Positions 1-13,008 of a DNA stretch of 64,000 nucleotides are shown here, piece by piece. This DNA is from Octopus sinensis (lineage: Eukaryota): NCBI RefSeq assembly GCF_006345805.1, contig NC_042998.1, positions 89,280,001-89,344,000 of the forward strand, in the 5' to 3' direction. Numbering within the stretch: the stretch's first letter is position 1; every line of letters begins with the position of its first letter. Below the pieces are notes generated by a model. The model saw only the letters and a program-made list of their open reading frames with translations. It ran no database searches and was not told where the DNA came from. Position numbers and translations under genes: made by a program.

Positions 1-671
1 TTCATATTATTTTAAAAAACATATCGTTATTGTTTTAACTATATTTTTCAAGTAATCAGACTCTAATTTCTTTACCAGTTATGTATAATTTCAACTGGTA
101 TTTAATGTCTCATGCATCAGTTAATAAAGTAGCTTTATTGTACAACCCAAGAAGAGAATCTTCATAGCAGTAATGCGTTTACGGGTAATAATAATGGTAA
201 TCGAGAAACCAATTTATTGGTAATAATAATATTAATTCCGGCAATTATATTTTACATGTAATAACAGCGATAATCAAGCCAGCTTTGTTTTACAGGTGTG
301 ATACTTGAATCATCACCAGATCAATGACCACGTTGCCTGCTGACTATTACATCTATATTACCTTTAGAAATTAACTGGATGCAGAAAGTGACCAATGAGT
401 AACTTTAAGGCGACTTCTCTCACTCCAGTTGGCTGCGGAGTGTCTGAGACATACAGAGTTACCCGAAAGCCACGTCATCATCTTAGCACAGTTCCATGGG
501 AGTATAAAAGCTGAGTATTACACCAAAACTATGATCAAAACTTTGATGGAAAAGCAGTGATGCCTTTTCTACTGATGAAATTAAGATGCAAATGACGAAA
601 CGGGATATGTAGCACGTCCGTTATTCCGACACAAGTGTACGTTGTAGTCGAAAGATGATAATGGTTATCTT

Positions 672-712
<41 letters not shown>

Positions 713-1312
713 GCATGATGATGTTTTATTTCGATAAGGAAAGTAATGAGACTGCGAAGCGGGAAGCGGTTTCAGTTTTCAGTAAGTTTACTCATGAGAT
801 TAAAGCCATTTCTGAAAATGGGTGAATGCCGCAAACTTTCTGTTACTTAAACCTGTATAATTCTATTTTACTAGTGAGACCAAATTGCCATCCGATCTCA
901 TGTAATTTATTTTGCATTTCGACTGAGCTTTTTGAACGTGCGGTTCTGGAAAGAAGTTTCTCTGATGAAGCATCTTCACATTACTTTCACTAATAACGAC
1001 TTTTATAAAACCATGAACAATAGAAACTTTAAATTCCATAACACCTTACATCTCAAGCTCCTAATATATAACAGAAATTATATTTGTTAAGTTTTGTGAG
1101 ATAATATGATATTGTAAACATTATACAGCGCCTCCAGGAGATAGATTTAACTATACTTTCTTTAGATTTTCATGCCTAAGAAAGAACTAGCAACCAAGTA
1201 CCTAACTGAATGATTTTCACAATTACGATTTTATGCATGTTTTAACTTATATAACATATCGTTGAGTACAAAGTATACAGAAACAGGGTAGCATCAATGT
1301 ATTTATATATAA

Positions 1313-1706
1313 CTAGCAGTATCGCCCGGCGTTGCTCGGGTTTGTAAGGGAAATAACTATATAAGCATTTTTAGAGATGTAAAGTATAATAGCCATCTCA
1401 ATATGGCTAACCACAAAGGGGGGTGTTACTGTAGCTTTTTACGTTCTGAGATTTAATAATACATTTTTAGAGAGTTACTTCCCTTATATAATAGCAAAAA
1501 ATGCATTAAAAATGGGAAACAAATGATGGTAATTTTTTTTTAAAGCGTAGACTCATCGTAGACGCGCGCTAATACCCAGAAGGGCTCGATATGAATCACG
1601 ACTATAAGATACCCGCTTTGGGTTACACTGCACCGCAAAATGTGGGAGTAGTTAGGAATCTAAATCGTAGGAGACAGACACACAACTTCACTTTTATATA
1701 TATAGA
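1313..1706 (-). mobile_element. Non-autonomous Helitron (~394 bp)
   Basis: Minus strand begins TCTATATATATAAAAGTGAAG and ends in a GC hairpin (CCCGAGCAACGCCGGG) then CTAG. Inserted between A and T with no TSD, the canonical Helitron termini. Confidence 0.85.
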
Positions 1707-4313
1707 TTTTGGTTAGGGAATAGACTATTGTACTGGATGGCAGAATCAGATGAGAGTGAGATACAATATGCGAAAAATAATCAGCTTTGTTACTTTACGT
1801 TCAAATCATACGGATGTTGGCTTTGATGTTTATCATTTAGGTTTTGCTCTAGAATCCAACAGTACTATACAAGAAGTCATTTCGATCACTCAATAAATGT
1901 GTTGCCTGTGGCATTGCAAGGATTCCATGTTGATTTATGTCAGCAAGCGGCCACAGTTTGGTCAATCGAATTGATGCAATAACTGCCTACTTACTAATTT
2001 TACCACTTGAAAGATTGGTTGCAGCAGAAACCCATGACATTGAAGAGAGGAAACTAAGTATTGTTTGTCATTTAGATCAGTCCTCTAGTGTCCTTGCTAT
2101 TCAGCTGCATTTCCTGCCTAGATAATTGTCTTCTAAATTTAATGCATTTGATGTACTAGAAGAAACACCGCCCCCAAAAGCTCTTTCGTGTATGTAAAAT
2201 AATAAAGTCGAAGGTGTCCTTTCTTAGTTTAAGACAGTGAATTATGATTAGTGTAATATTTTGAAATAGCAGAGGCCAAAATAACCATGGGAACATCATT
2301 CATAACACGTTCACGTATACACAAGCATAGCAGGGCACTCGCTGTGAGATTTAGTTTCAGAGCACAACTTTTCCTTAAAGATTTTGAGTATTAAAAACAT
2401 GCTCCAAATGACGTGAGTGCACCATTAGATACCATATTTTGGCGCAATTCTCCCTCCTCATTGACAGACATCACCTCGGTTATCTGGATCTATTCATGAA
2501 CTTCTATCCCAAATAGTGGAACCGATTGTTTGGGACAATAGAACCAAATAAGACTAAATATTTCGGACTAATAGAACCAAATAAAACATTTTCTGTGTGC
2601 AGAAGCTTGTCAGGCTGAAGTTAAAGTGTAGTGATGCTTTGTTTACTGAATTCTTTAAGTTGTTCTCCGAGCCTAAATCCCACAGCGAAGGCCGTTCCAT
2701 GTTTATGTCTACATGCATGCAAACGAACATACACACACACACACACATATGCACGTACGTGTACACATACACACACAGTTATTTTTATATATATCATTCT
2801 GTTATCATTAACATATTTCAAGTAAGTTTGGTATGTAAAAATGTTTTGTCTGTACGATGTTTGTAAGGAAGAAGGGCCTTTAGGTTTGATAACTTTCTGG
2901 GGGTTGAAATCCATTGCTGTGCATCCATGGAAATAGGTTTTCTTACACACTCACACACGTAGAATATTTTACAATTTTGAACAATGTACTCTTTTTTGGG
3001 ATAGATTTCTTCTCTAAAGTTTAATCGTATCACATCATGTGAGGGCGATGGATTGGCAGAATCTTTTATCGCATATCGAAATCAAACACAGAATTATATT
3101 CATAACTTCCACCATAATCTCTGCATCTGCATATGAGGAAGTTTTATTGTTTAACATCGTCATTACTCCATCAGAGGAAAGAAAAGAAAGAATGAGAAAG
3201 AAAACGATTTTACTACTGCTTTAAAGGCACAGCAGACGTTCGACCAGAAGAAGCATTCGAAGGTTGTTTTTGAACAGTTTTCGTATAAATAAACTTTTAA
3301 AAAAATCAAATGATAAACCATCAAATCTTAAGGAATTAAAATTTTGGCAGACTGCTATAATTGTAAACTATAAACACATGAATAATGTTTTACAATATAA
3401 ATGAAAACAAAATCTATGCTAATTACTTTCGTCAGGAAGACAACTGTCTTTTAGGCTTTTTTTTTCACTCTCTCTCATTCTCTCTTCAGTTTTATTCCTT
3501 CAGAAAACTGTTTGGTATAAGATGCGGTATGAGGTGTAAATTCTATTGTATTTCTTTTAGGAGAATGTTGGTGTAAGGATCACTGATAGATACAAGTTAC
3601 TAAGGGAGAGTGTAATAGACGATAAGAGGAAAAGCTGGCTGTATTTTGTTAAAGATATAAATATACTTGCATAAGCTACATATATACATATACATATATT
3701 TATACAAACACACATACACACACACATATATCTACACTGGCACAAACACGCATATACATATACAGGCACGCATAAACATATGTGTCTGTATGTGTGTGCA
3801 TGTGAATGTGTATGGAAAGGATTACAAGAGAGTGTGTGACTGAATGGACAGTAGTGTTCCTATGTATTTGTGTGGTTATATTTGTATACATATCAGTTTA
3901 AGCATTTTGCATTATTTTCTTAAGAAACAAGGACCAGAGACATTGTGACAACATACACATGAACTGTTGAAACCAAAACGTTACTGAGTCATCATAAACA
4001 CTATATCTGACAGAAACCAAAAGTAGGGTGAATAAGAAAAGCAGATGAATGAATCCTCTAACCTAAATAGGGTGACAACAAATAAGCGATGAGGTGCTTT
4101 TACTTTTTATTTTATTTTTTCTTCTATACAAGACCAACAATAAATGGAGATTGAGAACATTTATCACGTTCATACAAGTACACGCATATGCATAACTACA
4201 CACACGCATATATATACACACGTATATATATATATATATATATATATATGTGCGTGTGAATGTGCACACATTTGTGATCATATATATTTCTATAGATATA
4301 TGAGCAATATACA

Positions 4314-4350
<37 letters not shown>

Positions 4351-4406
4351 CTCTCGTCCCCTTTCTCTGTATACCTATCTATATATGTGTTGGGGAGAGT
4401 GAGCAA

Positions 4407-4515
<109 letters not shown>

Positions 4516-4954
4516 GCATATATACGTATATATAATTGCCAAACAAGTGTGGCGCCCTATACAGGACAGTGCTACTGTCGTTTAAAGCACCAGGAAAACA
4601 TCTCTTCCAACTGGCTAACCACACACATATATACGTGTGTGTGTTTGCATGTATGTATGTATGTATGCATATATGTATATATTCATATACATATGTGTGT
4701 GTACATTTATGTTCGTATGTATGTACTTGTGTATGTGTTTTAACATACATCAACCACAGTCGGGAATGATTTGATATCAGTATGTACCATGCCATGTAGC
4801 AGCACGCAAGCCGTGCTCTTTTTCTTGTTTCTCAATTCAAACAGGACACCTTCTCTTAAAACTCCCAACTTTGACCTAGCAGAACATCGAGGACATTATG
4901 GTTATAGGAAGAAATAGTTGTCTCCCATGCAATTCATTGGCACAATACGTCACC

Positions 4955-5016
<62 letters not shown>

Positions 5017-5274
5017 TATCTATATATATTGATACACACACGCACACACATATATAATATATATATATGTATATATATATAAAATTAACATGTAACAAAA
5101 TATTAGTGCTGGTAGACCTTAGCACATACTTTTTAGCATAATCTTCTGAACCTATCCATTAATATGTAAATTAGATACTATTATATAAGGTATAAGTTTT
5201 TTTAGGATAATATCTCACATTGCTGCTGACGGTTGACCGGTCCAGGTATGCAGATGTGTTTTCGAACTTTGTGT

Positions 5275-6040
5275 AATATCCTGTGCCATAATTAATAATA
5301 TGAAATATCTTATATTCCATGGCCCATCTCTGAAACGGCCCGTACTTGTGATTTCTATATTTTTTTTCTTTCGCTGTTTTAGTATGTCTCTTTACTACTT
5401 AATCCTCTCAAGAAAAATTTTTTATTTCATCGTACTAAAGTATTATAATTTTAAATGTACTTACAAAAGAAATTATTCTTAAATTCAATCGTGTTTTATG
5501 TATTACATCGACATTTGTCTATTTATGTATATTTATGTATTCTGGAATTTTATTTCCATTTTATAAAGAATATATATATACACTACCGTCAGAAATTAAT
5601 TAGCACCCTTGATTTGCTCTTCACTCAAGGTATGTGCTGTCACCTAGTGGCCATATCTCGAACTATTGCTTTGTTGCGAGTTCACTGTCGCGCAGAACGA
5701 TGACGTAACTTTGTTTGCAGAGCAGTTTGAGAGTCTACAGCCTTATGATGTTGACATAGCAGTGCAACAACAACTTGGAGTGCGGATGCAGACAAACTTC
5801 CTTTGTTTAATAGATATAGGTAGCGCCTCGCAAGGACCGAAATCACACCATACTAAGTTTTCTCATCGCGTAAGACGTTTTGAACAGCTCATAGGTTAAT
5901 TGATTTAACCTATTTAATGTAGAAATTTGAGAAGTGCTAATTAATTTCTGACGCAAGTGTATATATTTATATAAGTTTCGAATTTGTATTTTAATTATGT
6001 TCTTTTAGACTCTGCATGTGTTGCCTCCATAAAAATATTA
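5275..6040 (+). mobile_element. Decayed Penelope-like pLTR copy, interrupted by a MITE
   Basis: GGCCCATCTCTGAAACGGCCCGTA (5321-5344) and downstream AT-rich blocks match the reverse complement of 6965-7370. The 5' half of the HHR core is missing. Confidence 0.55.
5581..5959. mobile_element. Tc1/mariner-type MITE (379 bp)
   Basis: TIRs CACTACCGTCAGAAATTAATTAGCAC / GTGCTAATTAATTTCTGACGCAAGTG, with TA on both sides. Confidence 0.85.
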
Positions 6041-6172
6041 TCTTGAATATAGCTCATAGCGACCACTACATCTTCGTATCTGTATATTAATGGGAGTTAT
6101 TAACATTAACAAGCTCAAAATAAACTATATATTTTATATAGGCTGTGGAAATTTTAGAACATTTATAAATAG

Positions 6173-6222
6173 GTCTTACAGCTTTTTCCGGGATATTTAT
6201 TATATCTCCCTTCATCGGAGAC
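6173..6222 (-). ncRNA. Degenerate type I hammerhead ribozyme motif
   Basis: Minus strand GTCT-CCGATGA-AGGGA..TCCCG-GAAA-AAGCTG-TA-AGAC. Stem I GTCT/AGAC and stem II GGGA/TCCC pair. Core has U4C and stem III has one change from CAGCTG. Confidence 0.55.
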
Positions 6223-6931
6223 GGTGTGAGAAAATGGTTAAGCAATAGTTAATTTAGATAAAGAGTGAAGTGGAGGAATGAAAATAGATGTGAGATATGC
6301 AGGGATATACTATTTGTAGATCAATTATTTAGGCAGAATGGTATACATATAAGATTCCAATACCTTGTGAGTAGATTCCAATAGTATTTAAAATTGGTCC
6401 ATCCAAGTATAGACTTTGTACACAGTGCTATTGAATCGAGGGTTCATTTAAATCGAAAACAGGAAGAGAGGAATAAAGAAAAAAGAAAAAAAGTAAATAG
6501 AAAAACAGAAGAGGAATAAATAAAAGAAAGAAAATGGAAAAAGAAAAACAAGGAGAGAGATAATAATGAGATGAAGACAGGGAGAGTGTACCAGTTAGTG
6601 GTCAGTCAAGATAAATTGAAAGTAGGAATGGGGAGATGAGGGTGATAGAGAGAGAAAGATATTAGAGTATAAAAAGATGATAGAGTAAAGGAGTGTCAGA
6701 TAGAAGGAATTGGGGTGACAGAGAGAGAGAGAGAGGTATAATAGTGTAAAAAGTAAAGGAGTGTCAGTTATGTAGTGTTAGAGTCTAAATGATGGGGCAG
6801 AGAGAGGGGTGGTAATATGGTGGAATGAAGAATTTAGGAATATAGATTAGGTTGGTTGGATAGGTCAGTGTTTAGTAGTAGAATAAAATATATCTGTGAA
6901 GATGTATATAGATGCATATATCAAATATATG

Positions 6932-6964
<33 letters not shown>

Positions 6965-6970
<6 letters not shown>

Positions 6971-7420
6971 TTATTATCCGAGGGGAGGCAATATGAGCAG
7001 CAACTAAAGGACCATTACACAATCCACAGAAAGATCAAACACATACATATATTCATATATTCATTTATATCTACAAAACTATATGAACATCATATAAAAA
7101 TATATAAATATATAAGAATCAATGTTGCATATATAACACGTTGAATTTACCCTTAAAATCATAAAACATTTGGTATAAATTTGTTAAATTAAAAATTTGG
7201 GAAAATAAAACATACAATGACATATCAAAATTCCAGAGAAAAATACAGAGAAGATAAATATACAAATTTACAAAAATACATAAATATTCATCTACGGGCC
7301 GTTTCGGAGACGCGCCAATTAATATAAAACATATCATATATTTGAAATTGACACTCCCCTCGTCAGGATGTTTTTTACTCACAACACGTAGTACACGGAA
7401 ACAAATGCACAATTACATAC
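6965..7420 (-). mobile_element. Penelope-like pLTR / HHR-bearing non-coding element
   Basis: Carries an intact HHR, has a diverged inverted copy at 5275-6040 and abuts a (TA)n tract. Confidence 0.6.
7289..7370 (-). ncRNA. Type I hammerhead ribozyme, canonical core
   Basis: Minus strand CATC-CTGACGA-GGGGAGTGTCAATT...AATTGGCGCGTCTCC-GAAA-CGGCCCG-TA-GATG. Stem I CATC/GATG, long stem II closed by G-C, short stem III, GUA cleavage triplet. Confidence 0.8.
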
Positions 7421-7594
7421 CGGCTATATACGAAATACCAGACATTACGTATTCCCAAAAATTCACATAGATACACATATATGTGTGTGCATATTTATGT
7501 GTGTGTTTCTGTGTCTGTGTTTGCCCTTCCCCCGTGCCATCACTCGACAACCGATATTGGTTGGTGCCAAAGAAAAAAACAAAAGAGAATCTGA

Positions 7595-7685
7595 AGTTTC
7601 GGGTGCTATTAAGTTAGACATGTCCTGGACCTATACTGGACTGGCCGAAACCTATCAAAGTTGTCGAAGTTATCAAAGTTATACC
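7595..7685 (+). mobile_element. CR1-type LINE 3' tail fragment
   Basis: GGTGCTATTAAGTTAGACAT matches the 3' end of the CR1 copy at 56578-56602 (minus). GCCGAAACCTATCAAAG matches 29207-29223. Confidence 0.6.
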
Positions 7686-7829
7686 CCTTATCAGAGAGAA
7701 GAAAATATGCAGAAAAAGAATCGAGAGTCGTGAGAAAAAGTAAAAGATATACAATACCCAAAAAGATTTCTGTTTACAGACACACGGACAGAAAAAAATT
7801 GAACCCCACACACACACCACACACACACG

Positions 7830-7884
<55 letters not shown>

Positions 7885-8665
7885 GTACATATATATATAT
7901 GTGTACATATATATACATATATACATGTATGTGTACATATGTATAAATATTTATGTATCTGTGTGTCTGTGTGTATCTATGTGTACATATATTTATGGAA
8001 ACACACGAAGACACACATATGCACACCTACATCAATTTCTAAATACAAGGAAATAAATTTTTGACTACATCAGCTGTCTGCGTACATCTGTTTAATAGTT
8101 CACAAAACGTATGATTCACAGTACTTTTACGTATAAACTGAAGCATAATCTCCGAAAACACTTGAACGGGAAATATGTGACGAGGAAAAAGAAACACGCT
8201 GAAGCCTTTAATATATTTCAACTTTATTTATGAATGGTGTATATATGTGTGTGTGTGTGTATCAGCATGTTTGCGCGAGCTATGCATAGATACTCGCAAA
8301 TATGTTTGGGTACGTCTATAAACATACGGAGGTGGGTATCAATGCTGCTTATTGAGCCGTCTTGATGAATACAAGGAAGTGTTAGTAAAATAAATATTAT
8401 TTCAGAAGGACGTTGATGCGGCATAACTTCCTAAAGCCGATGACTTGGTTTACGGTGAGTTACTCCGATTTGTAAAAAGAAACCTAATAATAACACCAAT
8501 GAAAATAGAATTATGATGACGATATCTGTTTGACAAGGATTCAGATTTTTACGAGAAGTATAAGCTAGGGCAAGGGAGTGTAGGCTTACCTGCATGCGCC
8601 TATGAAAATCAAAAAGGGAATAAATAAATTTTCTGTGTTCAATAAGAATAGTTTTACACATTCTA

Positions 8666-9196
8666 TTGGGTTATCCGGAAAGTTCATGCCGATTTTTAAA
8701 GGAAAGAAAAAGGTAGATAAATACTTTCCATTACATTTTAATCAACCAAATATAAACCATTTTGTTACACAATGCGTCTCCACCTTTCCTTTAACTTGAA
8801 CATACCAGAATTGAGGTGGTTCCATGGCAAAGAATTCAAGGTATCTTTTTACGTCATCCAAGGAATTGAAATTTTTACCAGAGACCTGAATAAGTGGAAA
8901 TCTGAAGAAGCAATATCTGGTGAATATGGAGGTTGGGGTAACACATCCCAGCCGAGCTGCAGCAATTTTTGTCTGGTTCTCAAAGCATCAAGTGCCAAAA
9001 ATAAACTTTCTTATCTTCCATTTTAAAGGGTTACAGAATTAACACAGGTTATAGGAACATAAATTTTCTTCTACGAAAAGAAACTGTGCTCTAAATGGAG
9101 GTGTAGTCAAATCCTATTTTATGGACTCAACCATGTTCTAAAATAAGTCGAAAGGTAAACTACTATAAATCGGCACGGACTTTCCGGACAACCCAA
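8666..9196 (-). mobile_element. Internally deleted mariner element (531 bp)
   Basis: TIRs TTGGGTTATCCGGAAAGTTCATGCCGATTT / AAATCGGCACGGACTTTCCGGACAACCCAA with TA TSD. Minus-strand remnant LGWDVLPQPPYSPDIASSDFHLFRSL is the mariner YSPDLAP motif. Confidence 0.9.
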
Positions 9197-9354
9197 TAGA
9201 ATTGTCCAAAACCGCGGTGGAGAAAGAAGGCAAACATTATTCTATGGAAGCAAACACTATTCTATGGAGGCAAACACTATTCTGTCTTTTCATTAATAAA
9301 AAAAACAGCCAGTTTCACAATTATATACATATGCATAACTGTTTTCCCCTACCT

Positions 9355-9895
9355 CTTCCCATTGTTTCTGTCATTAGACTGTGGCTATGCTAGGGCGTCG
9401 CGTTGAAGAATTTTTCGAATGAATCGACACCAGTATTTAATTTTTTTAAAGCCTACTATTTATTCCATCGGTCTCTTTCACCAAACTGCTAAGTTACGGG
9501 ATCGTATACCCACCAACACCGGTAGTGGAGACAAACACAGATACACGCAAACACGCACACTCACATATATACATAGTAATACATACAAATGTATATATAT
9601 ACATGCATACATACATATAGACATACATATAAGTATATATATATATATACATATATGAATATTTATATATATTTGAAACCATGGTCCGTGTGTGGTTTCC
9701 GCTTCATCGGGGAATTATCTCCCTTTGCAGGTTAAAGGACACCGTGATGGTGTCAAGCCTATCTGGCGACGTTGATGTTCGCCTGGGGCTAAATGCAACA
9801 GTAACACCCCCACCACCCTGCCCTGTCCCTAGCCATATTCAGATGGCTTTAGTCCCTTATGTTATGGAGCAGTTACTGTCTATATCTCATTTAGA

Positions 9896-9937
<42 letters not shown>

Positions 9938-10105
9938 ATATATATGTATATATTGGGCTTCTTTCAGTTACCATCTACCAAATTCATTCACAAGGCTTTG
10001 GTCAGCCTGAGACTATAGTAGAAGACACATGCCCCAGGAACTGAACCCCGAAACATGTGGTTCGGAAGCAACCTTCTTACCACGCAGCCAGGCCTGCAAC
10101 TATAC
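9355..10105 (-). mobile_element. tRNA-derived Octopus-type SINE (family A), interrupted at ~9672-9900
   Basis: Matches the reverse complement of the 51471-51892 copy on both sides of its internal (TA)n tract. Confidence 0.75.
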
Positions 10106-10310
10106 CTATATTAGTTTATTATGATTTTTGTCAACATATCCCTCTCTCAAATTCAAACAATTATTGCAGCGGTCCTTCAGTTTCTCTAAGCCCTGTAAAA
10201 GAACTCGGAAGGTTAGGCCCCCTTACAAGGCCCTCCCTAATACCCTTAAAGCCAGAAACTTTTCAGCATCCCTGGTGTGTGTGTATGTATGTATATATAT
10301 ATATATATAT

Positions 10311-10342
<32 letters not shown>

Positions 10343-10365
10343 ATATATGTGTGTGTGTATGTATG

Positions 10366-10397
<32 letters not shown>

Positions 10398-11197
10398 TAT
10401 GTGTGTATGTGTGTGTGTGTGTGTGTGTCTGTGTGTGTGGTGTGTGTGTATGTGTGTGTATGTATATATATGTATATATTTGTACATTATATATATGCAT
10501 ATACATATATAAATATATATGTTCGTATACACACACGCACTCCCATACACTCATATACGTATTGGGTATCGGAGGTAGCCTGATATTTGGCAGTCTGAGA
10601 ACCACTAAGCTAGGGCTTTGTGACATTCCCTCTTTGACAAAGTAATTAGTAGTGTGAATAAAGGAAAGCTCTTTTAATAAGAAATGTAAAATACTGAGCT
10701 GTCTATTATCATCTCTACGGGAGTTTATCTATTACATTTCCACATTGGGAACCTTTTACAAGGCTATTGATTGTTGTTTAGCTCCAGGTTACCAACCCCG
10801 ACCGAGAAGACTTGTGATGAAAGGCATTCCAGACACCGATGAACCGACGTTTTGGGTATAACTAAGACTACACTGTCTAATGTGTTTTCTCATTTCAAGA
10901 CAGAATGGTAGGATACTATTTCAGGGACGTTTGACTGTTTTATCCAACTTTTAGCTTTTTACCTAAGAAGTCTGGGATACATCACACTTGATACAATAAA
11001 TTAAATAAACCGATTTTTTATTGACTGCCGAATAATGTTATTTATGTAGGAACATCAAATAATTTTGATTGTCTTCCTACGTCTTGTTGACAGCGCGTGT
11101 TTGCAGAAGACATCTATAACAAATTCTTTGCATACCTGCCCTTGTCATATAGGGACCATTGATAAGCTTAACTGTAGCGTGTAAACATATACGTGTT

Positions 11198-11279
<82 letters not shown>

Positions 11280-11290
11280 CATACAGATAT

Positions 11291-11325
<35 letters not shown>

Positions 11326-11329
11326 CATA

Positions 11330-11770
11330 TGAATAAATGTACGTTTTTATACACAAAAGAGGTGACCATTAACAGGATACCTTACATACTGGAAAAGGCA
11401 GTTAAAGCCCAAACCAAGAATAAGAGTAATTGGCACGCTGTTTTAATTATTATTATTTCCTGCCGATTGTAGCTGCGCTTGCGCGGTGGATTTGAAAAAT
11501 TATACTGTATACGGATAGAATACGTGTGTCACAGTGTTGCATAAATATGTATTAATTTTAGCGCCCTTACTGAAGAAGTACAGATGTCAGATTAATTTAT
11601 TTGCACATTGATGCAGAAACTCGAGTATAAGGGTAACTATTGAAATGCTTTTATTTTTCATTCCCTTTGAAATTACTCTTATTCGTGGTGTGGGATTTAA
11701 CTGCCCTTTCCAGAATATGTGTCCTGTTAAAGATCACCTCTTTTGTGTATAAAAACGTACACTAATTTAT
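11330..11770 (+). mobile_element. Small HHR-bearing element with ~45-bp inverted ends (PLE-derived)
   Basis: GTACGTTTTTATACACAAAAGAGGTGA.. (11339) is inverted at 11718-11760. Internal HHR, flanking TA tracts, no recognisable ORF. Confidence 0.7.
11563..11634 (+). ncRNA. Type I hammerhead ribozyme with palindromic stem III
   Basis: GCCCTTA-CTGAAGA-AGTACAGATGT..ACATTGATGCA-GAAA-CTCGAG-TA-TAAGGGT. 7-bp stem I, intact core, ACTCGAGT palindrome. First stem II pair is A.A. Confidence 0.75.
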
Positions 11771-11951
11771 ATAAAAAATATATTGTCTATTGACTTTATT
11801 ACGCATGCTGGCCAACGGTAGAAAATTTCTCCACATTTCCTACCCTTATTATTTTCATATATATATATATATACATGTGCATATATGTATCTCTTCCCCA
11901 TCTCTCTCTCTCTCTTGGTGTATATATATATATATATGTATATGTATGTAT

Positions 11952-12880
11952 ATATCAGTTGAATAAAGTTAAAACATGGTCTGGTTTTCTCATTTTTTAT
12001 TATGGTATTTAAAAAAAATTTTACAATTAAAAAAAATGTTTGCAATCTTCATAAAGTTCAATTAGCGCTTTCATACATTCATAGTAAACATCAGATTTCA
12101 AAATGTATTTAACTGACAGTTGAGTTCTTGATAACTGTTGTAAAATGACTGAATTTTTGGAGTACGGCTTTGACCAATCCGCATTCAACTTAAACATCAC
12201 GGTTTGCCGGGCGTACCGATATTACTCGCATAGATCCCACCTTTAATCCAACCAATTAGCTTGCAGTTTACTTGTAATGGTTTTATGAGTGAGCAAACTT
12301 AGTTGATTTCGATCGTCTTTATTTCATTTGGTGAGAATCTTCGGTAATTTGTTTTTATTCATATGTTAAATACATTTTTTAATCCACATCATTAACTGGT
12401 TGTTATATTATTGTTGTTATTTCCGTTCAGAACAGGATTGAACATTTCTATAAACCATTTTTCTTTTATCTTCCTTCCAAGCTTTCTTGGAAACTAAGTA
12501 TGCTCATTCATAAAACCATTACATGGCGGGATCTATGCCAGTAATGTAGGTACGCCCGGCAAACCGTGACATTTAAGCTGCATGCGGATTGGCCCAAACC
12601 GTATTCCGAAACTTCGGCTTGTTGGAGCCTTCTAAGAGGTATAAAAAAGGAGTAGTCAGTCATTTTACTACAGTTGTCAAGAACTCAACTGTCAGTTAAT
12701 TGCACTTTGAAATCCGATGATTACTACGAACGTATGAAAGCGCTAAATGAACTTTATGAACATTACATTTTTTTAAATGTTTAACACGCTTCAATATTGT
12801 AATAAAATTATACTTTTAAAGTACCATAATAAAAAATCGGGAAAACCAGACCATGTTTTAACTTTATTTAACTGATGTAT
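11952..12880. mobile_element. Foldback element with ~290-350-bp inverted arms, each with an HHR-like motif (inverted PLE pLTRs)
   Basis: 11952-12241 is the reverse complement of ~12525-12880, with small indels. HHR-like motifs at 12058-12099 (-) and 12709-12751 (+). Confidence 0.8.
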
Positions 12881-12936
12881 TATTCTATACACATTTACAC
12901 AAATTCGGAAACATACATACATACATACATACATAT

Positions 12937-13008
<72 letters not shown>

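Noticed and set aside
568-612. CTGATGA..GACGAAAC..TA hammerhead-like spacing
   Set aside because: Stems II and III do not pair convincingly. Chance match or too decayed to support.
320-2045. Weak similarity between 320-395 and 1965-2040
   Set aside because: Too diverged to distinguish from chance by eye.
12296-12346. Possible third HHR (CCGAAGA..CGAAA, minus) in the foldback spacer
   Set aside because: No stem I or stem III pairing.
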